Of a DNA stretch of 64,000 nt, positions 38,632-50,568 are shown one piece after another (the first letter of the stretch is position 1; every line of letters begins with the position of its first letter). Made by a program: the position numbers and the translations under genes. Source of the stretch: Ignavibacteriota bacterium (lineage in GTDB: Bacteria > Bacteroidota > Ignavibacteria > Tepidaquicellales > Tepidaquicellaceae); NCBI GenBank assembly GCA_963748665.1, contig CAVVJW010000036.1, positions 19,655 to 83,654 on the forward strand, in the 5' to 3' direction. Below the pieces are notes generated by a model, which was not told where the DNA came from, made no database searches, and saw nothing but the letters and a program-made list of their open reading frames with translations.

Positions 38632-40068
38632 TTAAAAGTTAACCATAAAGTCCGTATGGAATATACTGCCTGTAGCACCTAATGAATATGGGAGCGATAA
38701 GGCACCGACAGGACTTTTGTACATATATATGTATTGAAAATTCCAGCGAAATGCCTGATTTTTCCACGGAAAGAAATTTATACCAAGCCGTGTATCCCAG
38801 GGATTACCGTATCCTCCAAAAACCTGTGAGAAAGTAGAATACACCTGGAGACTTTTTTGTATTGCCATATAAGAAGCCATTAACTGAAATCCCTTGTCAT
38901 AAAGAGTGCCGAAACCGAGTGAGTCCAAACCATCACCCGTAAATTTATTTAACCATCTGTAATAAAATTCGCCCTCAAGTGCAAATCCTTTATATTTGAA
39001 CCCGGCATCAATGGTTGACATGTTGTAAGTGGCAGTTTTTATATTTATGCCACTGCCAAAAAGTTCAGGTGTAAAAATTGGAGACCCGTCTGAAACACGC
39101 AGTTGTACATTCTCGAATCCGTCAGAATTTGGCTGGCTCTCACGATCTTCAACGCTATAAGTAAAATGACCTGCAATCCTGGTAGCAATTTTATTATGAT
39201 TTTCAAAATCACCAAAATTTGACCTCATACCATACTCACCTGTAGTTGGAAAAAACGTCAATGCACCTGAAAATGTTTTCAATGTGGCATCAAGCTGCCC
39301 GGCATCAACTCCAAACTGACTGATATTGTTGCCGCCCATAATGTAGTAATTTAGTTTTTCTGTAATCCTACCGTTAACCCAGAGACCTGTTGTATAAGAT
39401 GGTCTGAAGAATTCATCTGCTATGAGGCGGTTATCTACAGTGAGCCAGAAAGGAAAGTTGCCTTCCGTACTGCGCACACCCGGAAGTGAATTTATACCTG
39501 CACCAAAATTAAAGTTATCATTTATTCTGTATTGCAGGTTCCCTGCTACAACCACCTGCGAAAGCTGCCCAAGTGATGTGTTACTCGTCCAGACATAGAA
39601 GAGATACCTGAAATCAGGATCCATAACCCAGCCAAAGAATTTAATATTTACTTTATTAAGTTGTATATCCTGTCTTCTTTTAATATCCGTAACTTTTCCA
39701 AACGTGTTAGTATAAGTTTCATTAAGCTGCTTCTGGTTTAAATAGCGTATGTATGAAAACACGCCGAAGTTGAGAGAACCTTTTTCAGCATTAACAACTG
39801 TAAAACCTGAATTAGGGGTATAGTCACCTAATGTCTTACCAGAATCCTTTGCATTATACGTTGTTAATTTGTTCAACGTCAATTTACCGGGATTCGATTC
39901 TTTCATTGAAAACCCCGGTTTGTTATCTGCAAACCGGGTATAATCTGTTGATTGATTGTTCACATCCCGTAAATTTATGTTTATGTCGTCTTTCTGACTG
40001 TATGTATTACTTGTAAACAGAAATATAATAAAAAATACGAACAATATATTTATTCTTCTATGCCTCAT
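38632..40068 (-). CDS. Outer-membrane porin, paralog of 40093-41494
   Basis: 478 aa. Signal peptide, C-terminal ...HTDFMVNF, and blocks shared with its neighbour. Confidence 0.55.
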   Translation of the reverse strand: MRHRRINILFVFFIIFLFTSNTYSQKDDININLRDVNNQSTDYTRFADNKPGFSMKESNPGKLTLNKLTTYNAKDSGKTLGDYTPNSGFTVVNAEKGSLNFGVFSYIRYLNQKQLNETYTNTFGKVTDIKRRQDIQLNKVNIKFFGWVMDPDFRYLFYVWTSNTSLGQLSQVVVAGNLQYRINDNFNFGAGINSLPGVRSTEGNFPFWLTVDNRLIADEFFRPSYTTGLWVNGRITEKLNYYIMGGNNISQFGVDAGQLDATLKTFSGALTFFPTTGEYGMRSNFGDFENHNKIATRIAGHFTYSVEDRESQPNSDGFENVQLRVSDGSPIFTPELFGSGINIKTATYNMSTIDAGFKYKGFALEGEFYYRWLNKFTGDGLDSLGFGTLYDKGFQLMASYMAIQKSLQVYSTFSQVFGGYGNPWDTRLGINFFPWKNQAFRWNFQYIYMYKSPVGALSLPYSLGATGSIFHTDFMVNF

Positions 40069-40092
40069 TTATAATAATATAAAAAAAATTAT

Positions 40093-41494
40093 TTAAAATA
40101 ATATATCCGAACCCAGAGAAAATGTGGGTCCTGTTTGTCCTGCAACATAGTACCCGAATGATGAACTTGCCGAAGATTTATCAACATAAATAAAATGGGC
40201 ATTCAGTCTCCATGCTCTTACGTGCAGAGGAAAATAATTCAGACCGAGTGATATTTCGTATGGATTCCTTTCAAATTCATCGAACATATAAGACCCGGAA
40301 ACATAAGCGTTTAAAGTCTTTGGGATTACCATATGCGACATATCAACCTGCACCATCTGGTCAAAAATTGAGTTTCTCCATCTGGCAGGGTCATAAATTG
40401 TTCCTGTATAATGAAATTTCGAAAGGTCTCTGAAAAAGTACTGTGCCTGAAAAAAGAAACCCTTGTATTTGAATCCGAGGTCAACAGAGCCCATATTAAA
40501 ATCACAAGATAAAAGCTGTACACCCGGCTGGAGGGAAGACCTTTCGAACAGATTAACTCCGTCAGAAAGTTTTACCTGAGTATTTCCCGATGTAGAATCG
40601 CTTGCCGGACTTTGCTTCGAATCACGAAAATTAACGAATGATACACCAAATCTTGATGCAAGTATCTGATGATTCTCAAAATCATGATGTCCTCCGCGCG
40701 GACCGAATTCGCCTGTAGTCGGCATCCACATAAGACTTGCGCTTGCGGAAAGGTCACGGGTAAGAGCGTCTGATTTTGCTCCCAGAATACTGAGGTTATC
40801 ACCAACCGAAATATTATAATGTACTCTTGGAAGAACTTCACCATATGCCCAGACAGACTCTGTGAAACCGGGCCTTAGAGACTCATCACCCAGTTGTCTG
40901 TCAGTTCCGTTCCAGTACGGAAACGAACCTTGCAGCGACCTTATTCCAAGGTTTGGTGAAACACCCGCCCCTATTTTGAGCCAATCAGCTACTCTATACT
41001 GCAGATTACCGAATAAAAGAGTTTGCTGTGTGGTACCAAGTCCCCAGACTGTAAGGTTATATCTTAAATCTTGTACCCCTAAAAACCCTGTCAGCCATAT
41101 CATTCCTCTGTGAAAATAAATATCATTTCTTCCTTTTACTCCACGCATTCTTCCCTGGTTATCAGCATAAGTATCTTCATTAGGAATCTGGTCAATCCAT
41201 CTAACCATACCGTATCCGCTGATGTTTAAACTTCCAAATTTTGTTTTCACTAATATCAAAACCTCTGCCGGGAGTGAACTCACCTGCAATCCAGTTTTGA
41301 TAAGTAGTATCTTTTGTTAATATTTGTTTTACTGCCGATAATGTATCATCACCGTAAACATTTGTTTGGGGTTCCTCCTGAGAATATGCAATAACAGGTA
41401 ACAATCCAATAATGAAAATTAAAACAACTAAATTCATTATAACTGAATTATATAAATTTGAATGCAGATTAATGTTGTGTATTTTTAGATTCAT
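40093..41494 (-). CDS. Outer-membrane porin; one frame break
   Basis: ORFs 41201-41494 (signal peptide) and 40093-41289 join at the A4 run 41258-41261. C-terminus ...SLGSDILF. Confidence 0.55.
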
Positions 41495-41535
41495 ACTTTT
41501 GTTACTTTAATAAAGTTAATTTAATTTATGTTTTT

Positions 41536-41570
41536 TGTATAAAAGAATCCGGTGATTATTCACCGGATTC
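41536..41570 (-). terminator. Rho-independent terminator of the glutaminase gene
   Basis: gaatccggtga (41545-41555) / tcaccggattc (41560-41570), an 11-bp stem, followed by ttttata on the minus strand. Confidence 0.8.
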
Positions 41571-41600
41571 TTTATTCAATTTCATATTGTCTGTAACGTA

Positions 41601-42638
41601 TTATTTCGGCTCTATTAAATACGGATTAACTTTCAACTGTTCAATTACATACTTGATTACGAGTTGTGCTTTAACACTGTTACCTGCTTTATCAAGCGGA
41701 GGTGAAATTACGGCTATTCCGAATTTTCCGGGTACAACGGCGATTAAACATCCGCCGACACCGCTCTTTGCAGGAACGCCTGCATTGTAAAACCATATAC
41801 CCGCATCGTCATAAAGTCCTGCGGTTGACATTACAGGAAGAGTGTACATTACGGTTTCAGGTGACACACATACAACTTTTGTAATAGGGTTTTTACCGCC
41901 GTTTGCAAGTGTGGCTGCCATAATTCCTGCATCCTTTGCGCTTACATTGATTGCACATTGCTTAGTGTAAATATCTGTTGACTGTACAGGGTCAAAATAC
42001 ATCCTGCCGTAAGCAAGAAGAAGATGAGCAATTGCCTGATTGCGTAAATTATCACCGGCTTCGCTTATATAGACAGGCATATTAAGACTTAACTGACGGC
42101 CTGCAAAATCACTATGAACTTTCAGAATGCTTGCCCATTTGGATGCAGAATCAGGACCGTTTATAAGACTTGTTGAAGCAATCGCACCGGGATTGACCAG
42201 AGGATTAATTTCTTTTCCTCTCATTCTTTCGACGGCAACGATTGAATTAAACACCTCACCAGTTGCATCAACACCAATTTTATCCTGAACAAACTGATGT
42301 CCTTGCTCTTCGATTACTTTTGCCATCGTGAATACTTTTGAAACACTCTGGATTGAAACCATTGATGTAATATCACCCAATTCGAAAACCTGTCCATCGA
42401 CAGTTACGAGTGAAATTCCGAATATGTTCGGGTCAACGGTTGCAAGTTCTTTGATGTAATCCGCATTGGCACCTTCTTTTACATCTTTGAATTTTTCATA
42501 AGCATCTTTAAGAACTTTGTCTATGTTGGATTTTGTTAAAAGATTTTCCTGTGCATTTGCTACGTTTGCCAGACACAGTGTATAAACCATTAGAGTAAGG
42601 ATAATAAACTTACCCATTAAATTAATTTGCCTTTTCAT
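41601..42638 (-). CDS. glsA: Glutaminase A, with signal peptide
   Basis: 345 aa. NADYIKELATVDPNIFGISLVTVDGQVFELGD and SIQSVSKVFT (Ser-x-x-Lys) are typical of GlsA. Confidence 0.85.
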   Translation of the reverse strand: MKRQINLMGKFIILTLMVYTLCLANVANAQENLLTKSNIDKVLKDAYEKFKDVKEGANADYIKELATVDPNIFGISLVTVDGQVFELGDITSMVSIQSVSKVFTMAKVIEEQGHQFVQDKIGVDATGEVFNSIVAVERMRGKEINPLVNPGAIASTSLINGPDSASKWASILKVHSDFAGRQLSLNMPVYISEAGDNLRNQAIAHLLLAYGRMYFDPVQSTDIYTKQCAINVSAKDAGIMAATLANGGKNPITKVVCVSPETVMYTLPVMSTAGLYDDAGIWFYNAGVPAKSGVGGCLIAVVPGKFGIAVISPPLDKAGNSVKAQLVIKYVIEQLKVNPYLIEPK

Positions 42639-42684
42639 TTTATTTTAATTTTATGTTATAAAAATTTTTATTACAGGCTGTTAT

Positions 42685-43879
42685 TTAAAAATTAATTACT
42701 TTTGAGAAATTATACTTGAATGCAACACGAATCTGTGGATTATCAGACCAGTATCCGTCGTAGTTATCTCTTCTTGCATATAGGAATTCAATACCTGCCA
42801 TCATATTATCAACAGGATAATACAACAGGTTTATTAAAGCATATTGTCCTGTTTTATATGCATTCCCGGACTGACCGTCTGAATTTGTAACCTGGTTTGC
42901 AGAATAACCGACTGAAGTGCTGAACTGTTTACTCCAGTTTACATCAACGAAAGCAACCACACCTGCGATTGGTAATGCTACACCAATTAAAGGCTGAGTT
43001 AGGTTTCCAACTTGTTTTTTAAAAGCAACGTCAACAGGTGCATCGTTCATATAGTTTTCCATACCTTCACCATAGTTACCCATTAATCTTAGAACGGCTT
43101 TCTTGCCAATGTTTATATTTGTACTTAAGGCTGCACCCCAGCGAGTTGCTGTACCTGATAATTTGTAAAATGCTGTGTCGTTAATATCTGTCCATTTAAG
43201 ACTACCAACGATACCTCCGAATTGAATGTAACCAAAGTCTCCTGTGTATCTGTAATGCGCAGTTAAATCGGGAAGTTGAAACTGCGGTTTCACTGTTGAT
43301 AATTCAACTCTGCCCGCGTAATCGCCACCGTCACCGCTCGCTCCAGGATTTTCGAGTGCAAAAGTAAGGTCATTTTGTTTATCCATTAACGGCATATACC
43401 TGACCTGTATGTTTCTGAAGAAAAGCATACCTGTCGGTCCCCAGTATTCGAGTGAATTCGGGAATACGTCACTGTCCATAAAGGCACTGTTTGTCTGACC
43501 TGCACCGAAGTGACCTAATTGTCCGTAAGCGTGTCTTAATCTGATAGTGGTCTGACCCTGATCACCGCCAACACCAAACATATCGAATTCAAACTTGGTT
43601 TTAAATTCACCTAAAGCTGTTTGCATACTGCTTTTTACACCTAAGCGTGACTGTCTGCCGCTTGCAAAAAATTTGCCGTTAGGTGCAAATTCTTTGTCAT
43701 AACTTGGTAGTCTTGATGCTCTTAGCGCATCGTAATATGTCGGGTTTACAGTGTTAACATTGTATCCCATATCGGTCATAACAAAACCGTAAACTTCGAA
43801 ACTGTTCTTCCCTGTTTGTGCTGATAGACTAACGGCAATTAAGACAGAAGAATACAATAAGTAAAGTTTTTAATTTCAT
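42685..43879 (-). CDS. Outer-membrane porin; 5' frame break
   Basis: Track ORF 42685-43857 lacks a signal peptide. ATG 43879 gives MKLKTLL.. and joins after one extra base near 43860. C-terminus ...AFKYNFSKVINF. Confidence 0.55.
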
Positions 43880-44192
43880 TTTCTCATCCTTTCTTTTATT
43901 TATTTGTTTATTTGTAATTTTTTAAACATATACAATTAAATTATTTATATTTAATATTCTTTTATTTAATCCCTAAAATATTCACAATAATCGTGCCAAT
44001 AATATTCAGGGCAATAAATATTAAAGATGCCATAAATCTTACAATAAAACAAATTAACTGATATCTTTTTAATGAAATAAATGAATTTTATCAGTGATAT
44101 TTGGTGGACTTCCACGGAATACCGTGACTTATTTTTACATAACTGTTAAACTGAAAAAAACATAACTAATTTAAAAGAACTAAAAAATAGTA

Positions 44193-45669
44193 TTACCAGA
44201 CACCTGCACCGAGTTCGAATGTGTATCCAAGGTTTTTGATTAACGGGAAACCTGTATTTTTAATTCCTATTCTTAAGCCCCAGAAATCTGTGAGAAAACT
44301 TAAAAATTTTAAAGGCGAAAAAATTACGTTTGCGCGGAACTTAAGACCTGTTTCAAGAACAAAATCTTCTTTACGGGAAGAGATACCGAGAGAATCAACT
44401 TTGTGATTTGATTCCACTCCTGCCGAAAAATACGGGTCCATAAATCGTGATGCTGAAGGAGTGATTAAAATATTGTATCCAAAATCCTTTAACTTCTCTC
44501 CCTGGAGATAAACCCTGTTAACCATCCATCCGCCTATTATCGGAGTTTCAACATTTTTTACGATGAGTAACGGAAATGTAAGAGAAACACCCCAGGCGTT
44601 ATCATATCTGGCATTTACTGCAAAAGATTTTATGAGCATATCACTTTCAAACCAGGAGAATAAGGATTTTTTATCTGTATCTTTTTTTACCAAAGGCCAT
44701 TTCTCGGCCGAGTAGCCTGACATGTCGTGTTCAAGTTTTTTATCAGGACGTGCACTAACTGACTTTGGCATAGGACGCAATTCGTAGATTGCATTGTCGG
44801 GAGAGTACTCACCATTGACAGAATATCTGGCTTTTAAAGGGCTGTCGTCAGGTAGAGGCGGAAATACGCGGTGTTCAGGTCTTCTGATTTTTGCCATATA
44901 ACTTTGAAACTCGGCAGTAAAGAGAGAACCTGTTCGAATTATATCACGCATACCCCAGGCGTCGTTCGTTCTTACGTTGACGTCGTATCCGGGAGTATAG
45001 ACACCGTCCCCGTTGATGTCTGTGCAACTTGCGTGTTTGCCTTCTTCTACAAGAATATGAAACGGCAGTTTAAGTTCGGTAGATAAATTGTCAATTTTAT
45101 ATATGTTGTCGTACCAGGGTAGTGCGTGTGCCTTCGCAATAACCTGAATGAGTATAAGCCTGTATCTGTATGCAGTATCAAGTTTAAATTTCTCAACATA
45201 AATTTTGAATTGCGCCTGCTCGGTGTCGTGGTTATGTCCGCCGAGTCCGGCTTCGTGTCTGTAGTAATGTGAATAATCGATATCGATTGCCGATACCTTT
45301 GATAAATCAATTATATAATTATTAATATCTGTTTTATCTTTAGTAGTAACGTTACCCGTAGCATTTTTGGTTTTGAGAATATTTCTGAACTGATAGTAAA
45401 CAACGGGCTTTCCGGAGTCCTGTTCAAACGGGAAAAAAGCAGGGATGCGAATATCTTTGCCGGATTGATTCTTTAGTTCGGGTTCATCGGGCGAATACCA
45501 GAATATCGGGTGCGCAATAGGAAGCGAGTTCGAGGTATGTCATTTCTGATTTGCTTCCTGCCCATATAACGAATGCTTTATCAACTAAAACGCTGTCTTT
45601 CTTCTGGGCGAAAGACATAAGCGGCAAGCACAATAATGTAAAAAAAATATAAAATATTTTTTTATTCAT
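44193..45669 (-). CDS. Secreted hypothetical protein (about 490 aa); one frame break
   Basis: Signal-peptide ORF 45484-45669 joins a frame that I checked is open from 45539 to 44193 (it has no start codon before 44951). Contains CTDINGDGVYTPGYD. No family recognised. Confidence 0.5.
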
Positions 45670-45687
45670 TGATAAATATTTTATTTG

Positions 45688-45724
45688 TTTAAAAATTAAT
45701 CTCCCCGCCGAACAGCGGGGAGAT
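45688..45724 (-). terminator. Rho-independent terminator of 45758-46408
   Basis: atctccccgc (45699-45708) / gcggggagat (45715-45724), followed by taattttt on the minus strand. Confidence 0.8.
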
Positions 45725-45757
45725 TAAATTAAATAATTCCGGTGATTTAATTAAATA

Positions 45758-46408
45758 CTATTTCCCGAACCTGAAAACAAGACCGCCGCCAAGACCGAAC
45801 TGAAGCATTGTAGAATTTGTGCTGACTCCATAACCTGCACCGCCAGTTCCGAGATATAAACCGCCGCCGGCACCCTGAACAGCAGAAAGAAGATGCATTT
45901 GCAGTTTTATTCCTACCTGCTTCGAAACCATAATGTTCACTCCGCCTTTTAACTGCCAGGCAAAATTTGTTGATGAAGATTCCGCACCTATAAGCAAAGA
46001 ATCACTATTATTTTCCATTATTGCCATTCCAAACATTGCTCCCACAAAAGGTACGATAGCGGGATTGCTCAGTCTCAAATATCTCGTACCGCCAAGCATT
46101 ATGTAATTAGCACCAAGTTTAAAGGTTTTTGTTTCCAATGATGTAAGATAATATGTAGATGGAACATCCGTATCCTGTCTGAAGTAAGCGAGTTCAATAC
46201 CGTAATCCTTTGCGGGCAGATATTCAAGACCTGCACCCCATAAGAGGTTTCCTTTAATGGTGCCGTTATAGTAGTTATATCCGTTTGTTACCTCAATATT
46301 ATCATCGAGAGTATAGAAAGAATATGCATTCAAAGCAACATTCTGCGAGTTTGCTTTTAAAGCAGTAAGCAGTACTATTACAAAAACAAGTGTAATTAAT
46401 TTTTTCAT
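45758..46408 (-). CDS. Small outer-membrane beta-barrel protein (OmpW/OmpA-barrel-like)
   Basis: 216 aa. Signal peptide, Gly/aromatic-rich strands, and C-terminal ...GGGLVFRFGK. Confidence 0.55.
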   Translation of the reverse strand: MKKLITLVFVIVLLTALKANSQNVALNAYSFYTLDDNIEVTNGYNYYNGTIKGNLLWGAGLEYLPAKDYGIELAYFRQDTDVPSTYYLTSLETKTFKLGANYIMLGGTRYLRLSNPAIVPFVGAMFGMAIMENNSDSLLIGAESSSTNFAWQLKGGVNIMVSKQVGIKLQMHLLSAVQGAGGGLYLGTGGAGYGVSTNSTMLQFGLGGGLVFRFGK

Positions 46409-46494
46409 ATTTTTAATTTGTTTAAATTGTAAAAAATATTATATCTTATCAAAATTATTTAAAGTGCTATCAAGCTGCTGTTTAAACCATTATT

Positions 46495-46983
46495 TTATCT
46501 AATTAAAGGTATTTCCGATGCCAGTTCATATTTTATCGCGGCTCTTATTTTATTTTCCATCTGAATGTATCTTACAACCTTCAATGCGGGTAATACATCC
46601 AAAAGTTTATTTGAATATTTTCCTTTTATTTCTGCTTCTTTATTGTCTATCGCAATCAATTCGGTTAGCATTTTTCTTGATACTTCATCTGTAACCGTTT
46701 GGTTATTGTAATAACCCGCATAATCAAGGATTAAATTTCCGAGTCTTTCGTTAACACTCTGAAGTTCCGCCTGATATTCTTCGTACACGGGGAGGAACGA
46801 TTTAGTTTGCTCGGCTGTCAAATCCATATACGCAAGAACTAATTTCTTTTTGTCGGCTTTAACATCATCAATTAATTTCTTCATATCCTTGCTGTCATCT
46901 GTTTGCGAGAATAAAGAAGATGAGCCTGATAATAATACGAATACGATGAGTAGTTTTAAGAAAACGGTAAACATATTTTTCAT
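46495..46983 (-). CDS. Periplasmic helical hypothetical protein
   Basis: 162 aa with a signal peptide and predicted helical content. No family recognised. Confidence 0.45.
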   Translation of the reverse strand: MKNMFTVFLKLLIVFVLLSGSSSLFSQTDDSKDMKKLIDDVKADKKKLVLAYMDLTAEQTKSFLPVYEEYQAELQSVNERLGNLILDYAGYYNNQTVTDEVSRKMLTELIAIDNKEAEIKGKYSNKLLDVLPALKVVRYIQMENKIRAAIKYELASEIPLIR

Positions 46984-47011
46984 AAATATTTTCTTTTAAG
47001 TTTTATTTTTT

Positions 47012-47051
47012 GATTTAAGAAAACCTACCCGGTTAAGAACCGGATAGGTTT
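47012..47051 (-). terminator. Hairpin after 47072-47692
   Basis: aaacctacccggtt (47021-47034) / aaccggataggttt (47038-47051), with 1 mismatch. Confidence 0.5.
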
Positions 47052-47071
47052 ATTTAATTATTAATTTTTAT

Positions 47072-47692
47072 TTAGAAGCCTTGTTTCCATCCGTACGATA
47101 GTTTAATACCTATCCACGATTCAGATACATCTTTTCCTGTAACTTCTGAAGTTGTTGCAAAACCATAATTGTAAGAGGCACCCAACAATATGTCTGAACG
47201 ACCATCAACATTGAAAATAACACCCAGTTCAGGCTGAAGTGCAAAACTCCAGTTGTAATCAGTTACTTCATAAATACCCAGTTGCAGTCTTCTGCTGGAA
47301 TACAAAGCACCCAGGTTAGCGCCTATATAAGGTCTGGTTTTACTCTTTCCAAAATAATATTGTGCACCAACGAGCATTGGAAATGTGTTAATGTATCTGT
47401 TCTGCAAACCCGATACATCTGCGTTTGTAAGAGCAATGAGTTCATCCGTTTCTTTATAGAAAACGTTCCATGCGAAACTTAAACTGACAGATGTATTTCT
47501 GTTTACAAACCTTTTATAGTTTAATTCCAAACCATAATAACTTACGTTGGAAACATAATCTTTTGAGTCGGGAAGAGGTACGGCGAAATTATACCCGAGA
47601 AAGAATTCGTTTCCATACTGAGCATTTGATTTCGCGGGCGAAAAAATCACAAATGCTATAATTACGAATAATACGTATTTAATATTTTTCAT
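47072..47692 (-). CDS. Small outer-membrane beta-barrel protein
   Basis: 206 aa. Signal peptide and C-terminal ...KLSYGWKQGF. Confidence 0.55.
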   Translation of the reverse strand: MKNIKYVLFVIIAFVIFSPAKSNAQYGNEFFLGYNFAVPLPDSKDYVSNVSYYGLELNYKRFVNRNTSVSLSFAWNVFYKETDELIALTNADVSGLQNRYINTFPMLVGAQYYFGKSKTRPYIGANLGALYSSRRLQLGIYEVTDYNWSFALQPELGVIFNVDGRSDILLGASYNYGFATTSEVTGKDVSESWIGIKLSYGWKQGF

Positions 47693-47721
47693 TTTAATAA
47701 AATTTTAATTTAAAAATTAAT

Positions 47722-48337
47722 TCAATTTACCTTTAAATAAGGTGATTGCGAAAATACTCTGTTTATGCCCTCTGAAACTCTTGCTTGTGTTGTACTTACA
47801 TCACCTGTAGCAACACCGTTAAGTATTCCCATCCAGACAGCCGGTGATTTTCCGTCCCGTTGATAAACTCTCTTGTCAATCATTGTAGTTATAACAGTAC
47901 CAAGTGAAACGGTATAAACCGTAGAATACGGATAATAGTAACCGTAACCATAACCATAGTATCCGCCCGGATAGTAATATTCAACATAATACGTTGTTGA
48001 ACTTGTTATAGCATTTGTAACGACAATGTCTGCACTGTCTAAGGTTCTGTAATACGTGTGTAACCTAAACTTTAGAGGTTAGCGGCAACTCTTGAAATAA
48101 TAGTGTTGTCGTATACCTTATCGGTTCGCTCCCGGAACCAAGATGTTCTACATCGTTCCGCATAATGTAAGTTCTGTAGTTTTTGTAACTGCTAAGGTCT
48201 GTTTTGTGCAATGTAAGGTAAACATCGTACTCTTCAGGATTCGTGCTTCCATAAGGGTAGCAGGAATACAAAGTCATTGATGAAGCCAGAACCAAAACCG
48301 CCATCAATAATCCAAAAACGAATTTTCTTTTCTTCAT
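47722..48337 (-). CDS. DUF4136-like lipoprotein with a Tyr/Gly-rich segment; frame breaks
   Basis: ORF 48065-48337 (lipobox-like TLYSC) joins frames reading DKVYDNTIISRVAANL.. and ..HTYYRTLDSADIVVTNAIT..YYYPGGYYGYGYGYYYP.. down to TGA 47722-47724. Confidence 0.5.
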
Positions 48338-48349
48338 TTTAATGTTTTT

Positions 48350-48635
48350 TTAATTTATAAATGAGTATTACTATTTCTTAAAATACGATCTTATGTCCGG
48401 ATATAATATATCAGTTTCCGGATTGTGAGATTTTAAATTCTCCGTTATCATTTTCATATATTTTTCTTTAACACCTGCAATACAATACTTTAACTCCCTT
48501 ACGTTGAACTCCATAATTATTTCAATTAGTTATTCATTCCCGTTAAGTCAATATATTTTATGGACTGCGATCTAAAATTAATATTTTTAAATCAGATTAT
48601 CTACTCATTTTTTTAAGTATTCAATCTCGAATTAA
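48350..48635 (-). pseudogene. Degraded duplicate of the SulP 3' (STAS-domain) end
   Basis: 48351-48632 aligns by eye with 48866-49150 (for example acgatcttatgtccggatataatatatcagtttccggatt versus atgatcttatatccgggtagaatatatcagtatccagatt). Multiple stops are present. Confidence 0.7.
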
Positions 48636-48871
48636 GTTAAAATATTCAATTTAATATTCATCTTTACTTGCAAATTATGTGCCAATAATTTTAATAAAGA
48701 GAAAGCGTTATCAGGCTTAAAACCTCTTTATTTAATTATTATTGAGTTAATTTATCCTTATAAATAACAATTTCACTTTTTATTTCGCGGAATCCCACGG
48801 TATTCCGTGTTACAATTCGTAAAAAATAGAGAAATACTGTTTCCCGTGTCTTAATTTAATGTTTTATTAAT

Positions 48872-50525
48872 TTATAAATGATTAAAACTGTTTTTAAAAT
48901 ATGATCTTATATCCGGGTAGAATATATCAGTATCCAGATTATTAGATTTTAAATTTTCCGATATCATTTTCATATATTTGTCTTTAACACCGGAAAATAA
49001 AAATTTAATTCCTTTACCGTTTAGTTCTCTAATAATGTCAATTAAACAATGCAACCCTGTTAAGTCAATATAGTTTATGGGTCTTGCATCTAAGATTAGC
49101 ACCTTCAAATCAGATTTACTTCTCGTTTTTTTTAGTATTCTATCTCTGAAGTAATCTGCGTTAAAAAACACTAATGATGAATTATACCTGTAAATCATTA
49201 CGCTGCTTATTATTAGGTTTTTATTATCTTCGTTAATTTCTTCTGTGGAATCTTTTTCATAATCATATACCAGTTCGTATTCCTGCGGTTTTGAAGTTCT
49301 TTCTATCAACTGAATAAAACTCAGAATAATTGCTAAAACGATTCCCTGATAAACTCCGATTAGCACTACTCCTGCCATACAAACCATTGCTACCCTGTAT
49401 TCTTTTTTACTGAAATTTCTGATACCAAATAAATCTTTCATCTTAAACATACCGCTTGCAGCGTCAATAATAATTGCTCCAAACACAACAGATGGAATAA
49501 GAGCAAATTCTTTTGATAAGAAGACTATTACGAGGAACATTGCTATAGCGGCAATTATATTAACCAGTTTCGTCTTTCCGCCTACAACAGCATTCACAGC
49601 AGAACGCGAAGAAGCAGCCCCAATAGGGTAACCTTTAAAAAACCCTATGATAATATCGGCAAGACCCATCGCGAAAAACTCGCGATTGGGGTTAAAAGAA
49701 TTTTTATCCTTTGAGAAAGTCTGCGCGACAGGAATCTCACCCGTATAGGTAACAAAAAGAATTGCCGCCGATGCAGCAATTATTTCCGAATAATGATTTA
49801 TGAAAACATTTATATCAGGAAAAACAAAGACAGGATATGCATTCATAATCTCCTGAGTAAGTTTTATTCCGTATTCACTGAGATTAAAATATCTGGCGAA
49901 CACAACAGATAATAAAAGAAGTATTAACTGAGAAGGTATTTTAGAAGAAATCTTTTTAAGTACGATAAGTATAGCCAGAGATATTATACCTGTGATTACA
50001 GTAGGTAAATGAATAAGATTAAACTTAACTAACAAATCCCATAATTCCATTATGGGGTTAACACCCGATAATTTCAAACCTGTAAATTTCCCTAACTGAC
50101 CGATAATCAGAATTAATGCTATTCCATTCAGGTATCCGATTAAAATCGGCTTCGATAAAAAATTTGAAATGAACCCGAGTTTGAGAAAACCTGCCACAAA
50201 CATCAATATACCTGTAGTAATCGATATCAACACAATTAGTTGAAGAGTAAGTTCGCTGTTTCCTGCTGAGATAGTGAAAACGACTGTTGCGAGTAAAGTT
50301 ACAGCAACAGAATCGGGTCCTATTATAGTTTCTTTTGAACTTCCAAGTAAGAAATAACATATAAAAGCAAAAATCGCAGTGTATATTCCGGATTCAGGAG
50401 GAAGGTGAACTATCTCAGAATAAGCAATAGCGGCAGGTAATGTAAGTGCGGCAACTGAAATCCCGCCAATTAAATCGCCTTTTAAGAAACTTAGATTTGT
50501 ATTTATAAAATATCTCTTTCAACAT
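48872..50525 (-). CDS. SulP-family anion transporter with C-terminal STAS domain; one frame break
   Basis: The track ORF 48872-50233 frame is open upstream (GDLIGGISVAALTLPAAIAYSEI...). ATG 50525 (MLKEIFYKYKSKFLK) joins at the T4 run 50480-50483. Confidence 0.8.
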
Positions 50526-50568
50526 TCAGTAAAGAATCTATTTAAGAATATGCATATACTATTCCCGT

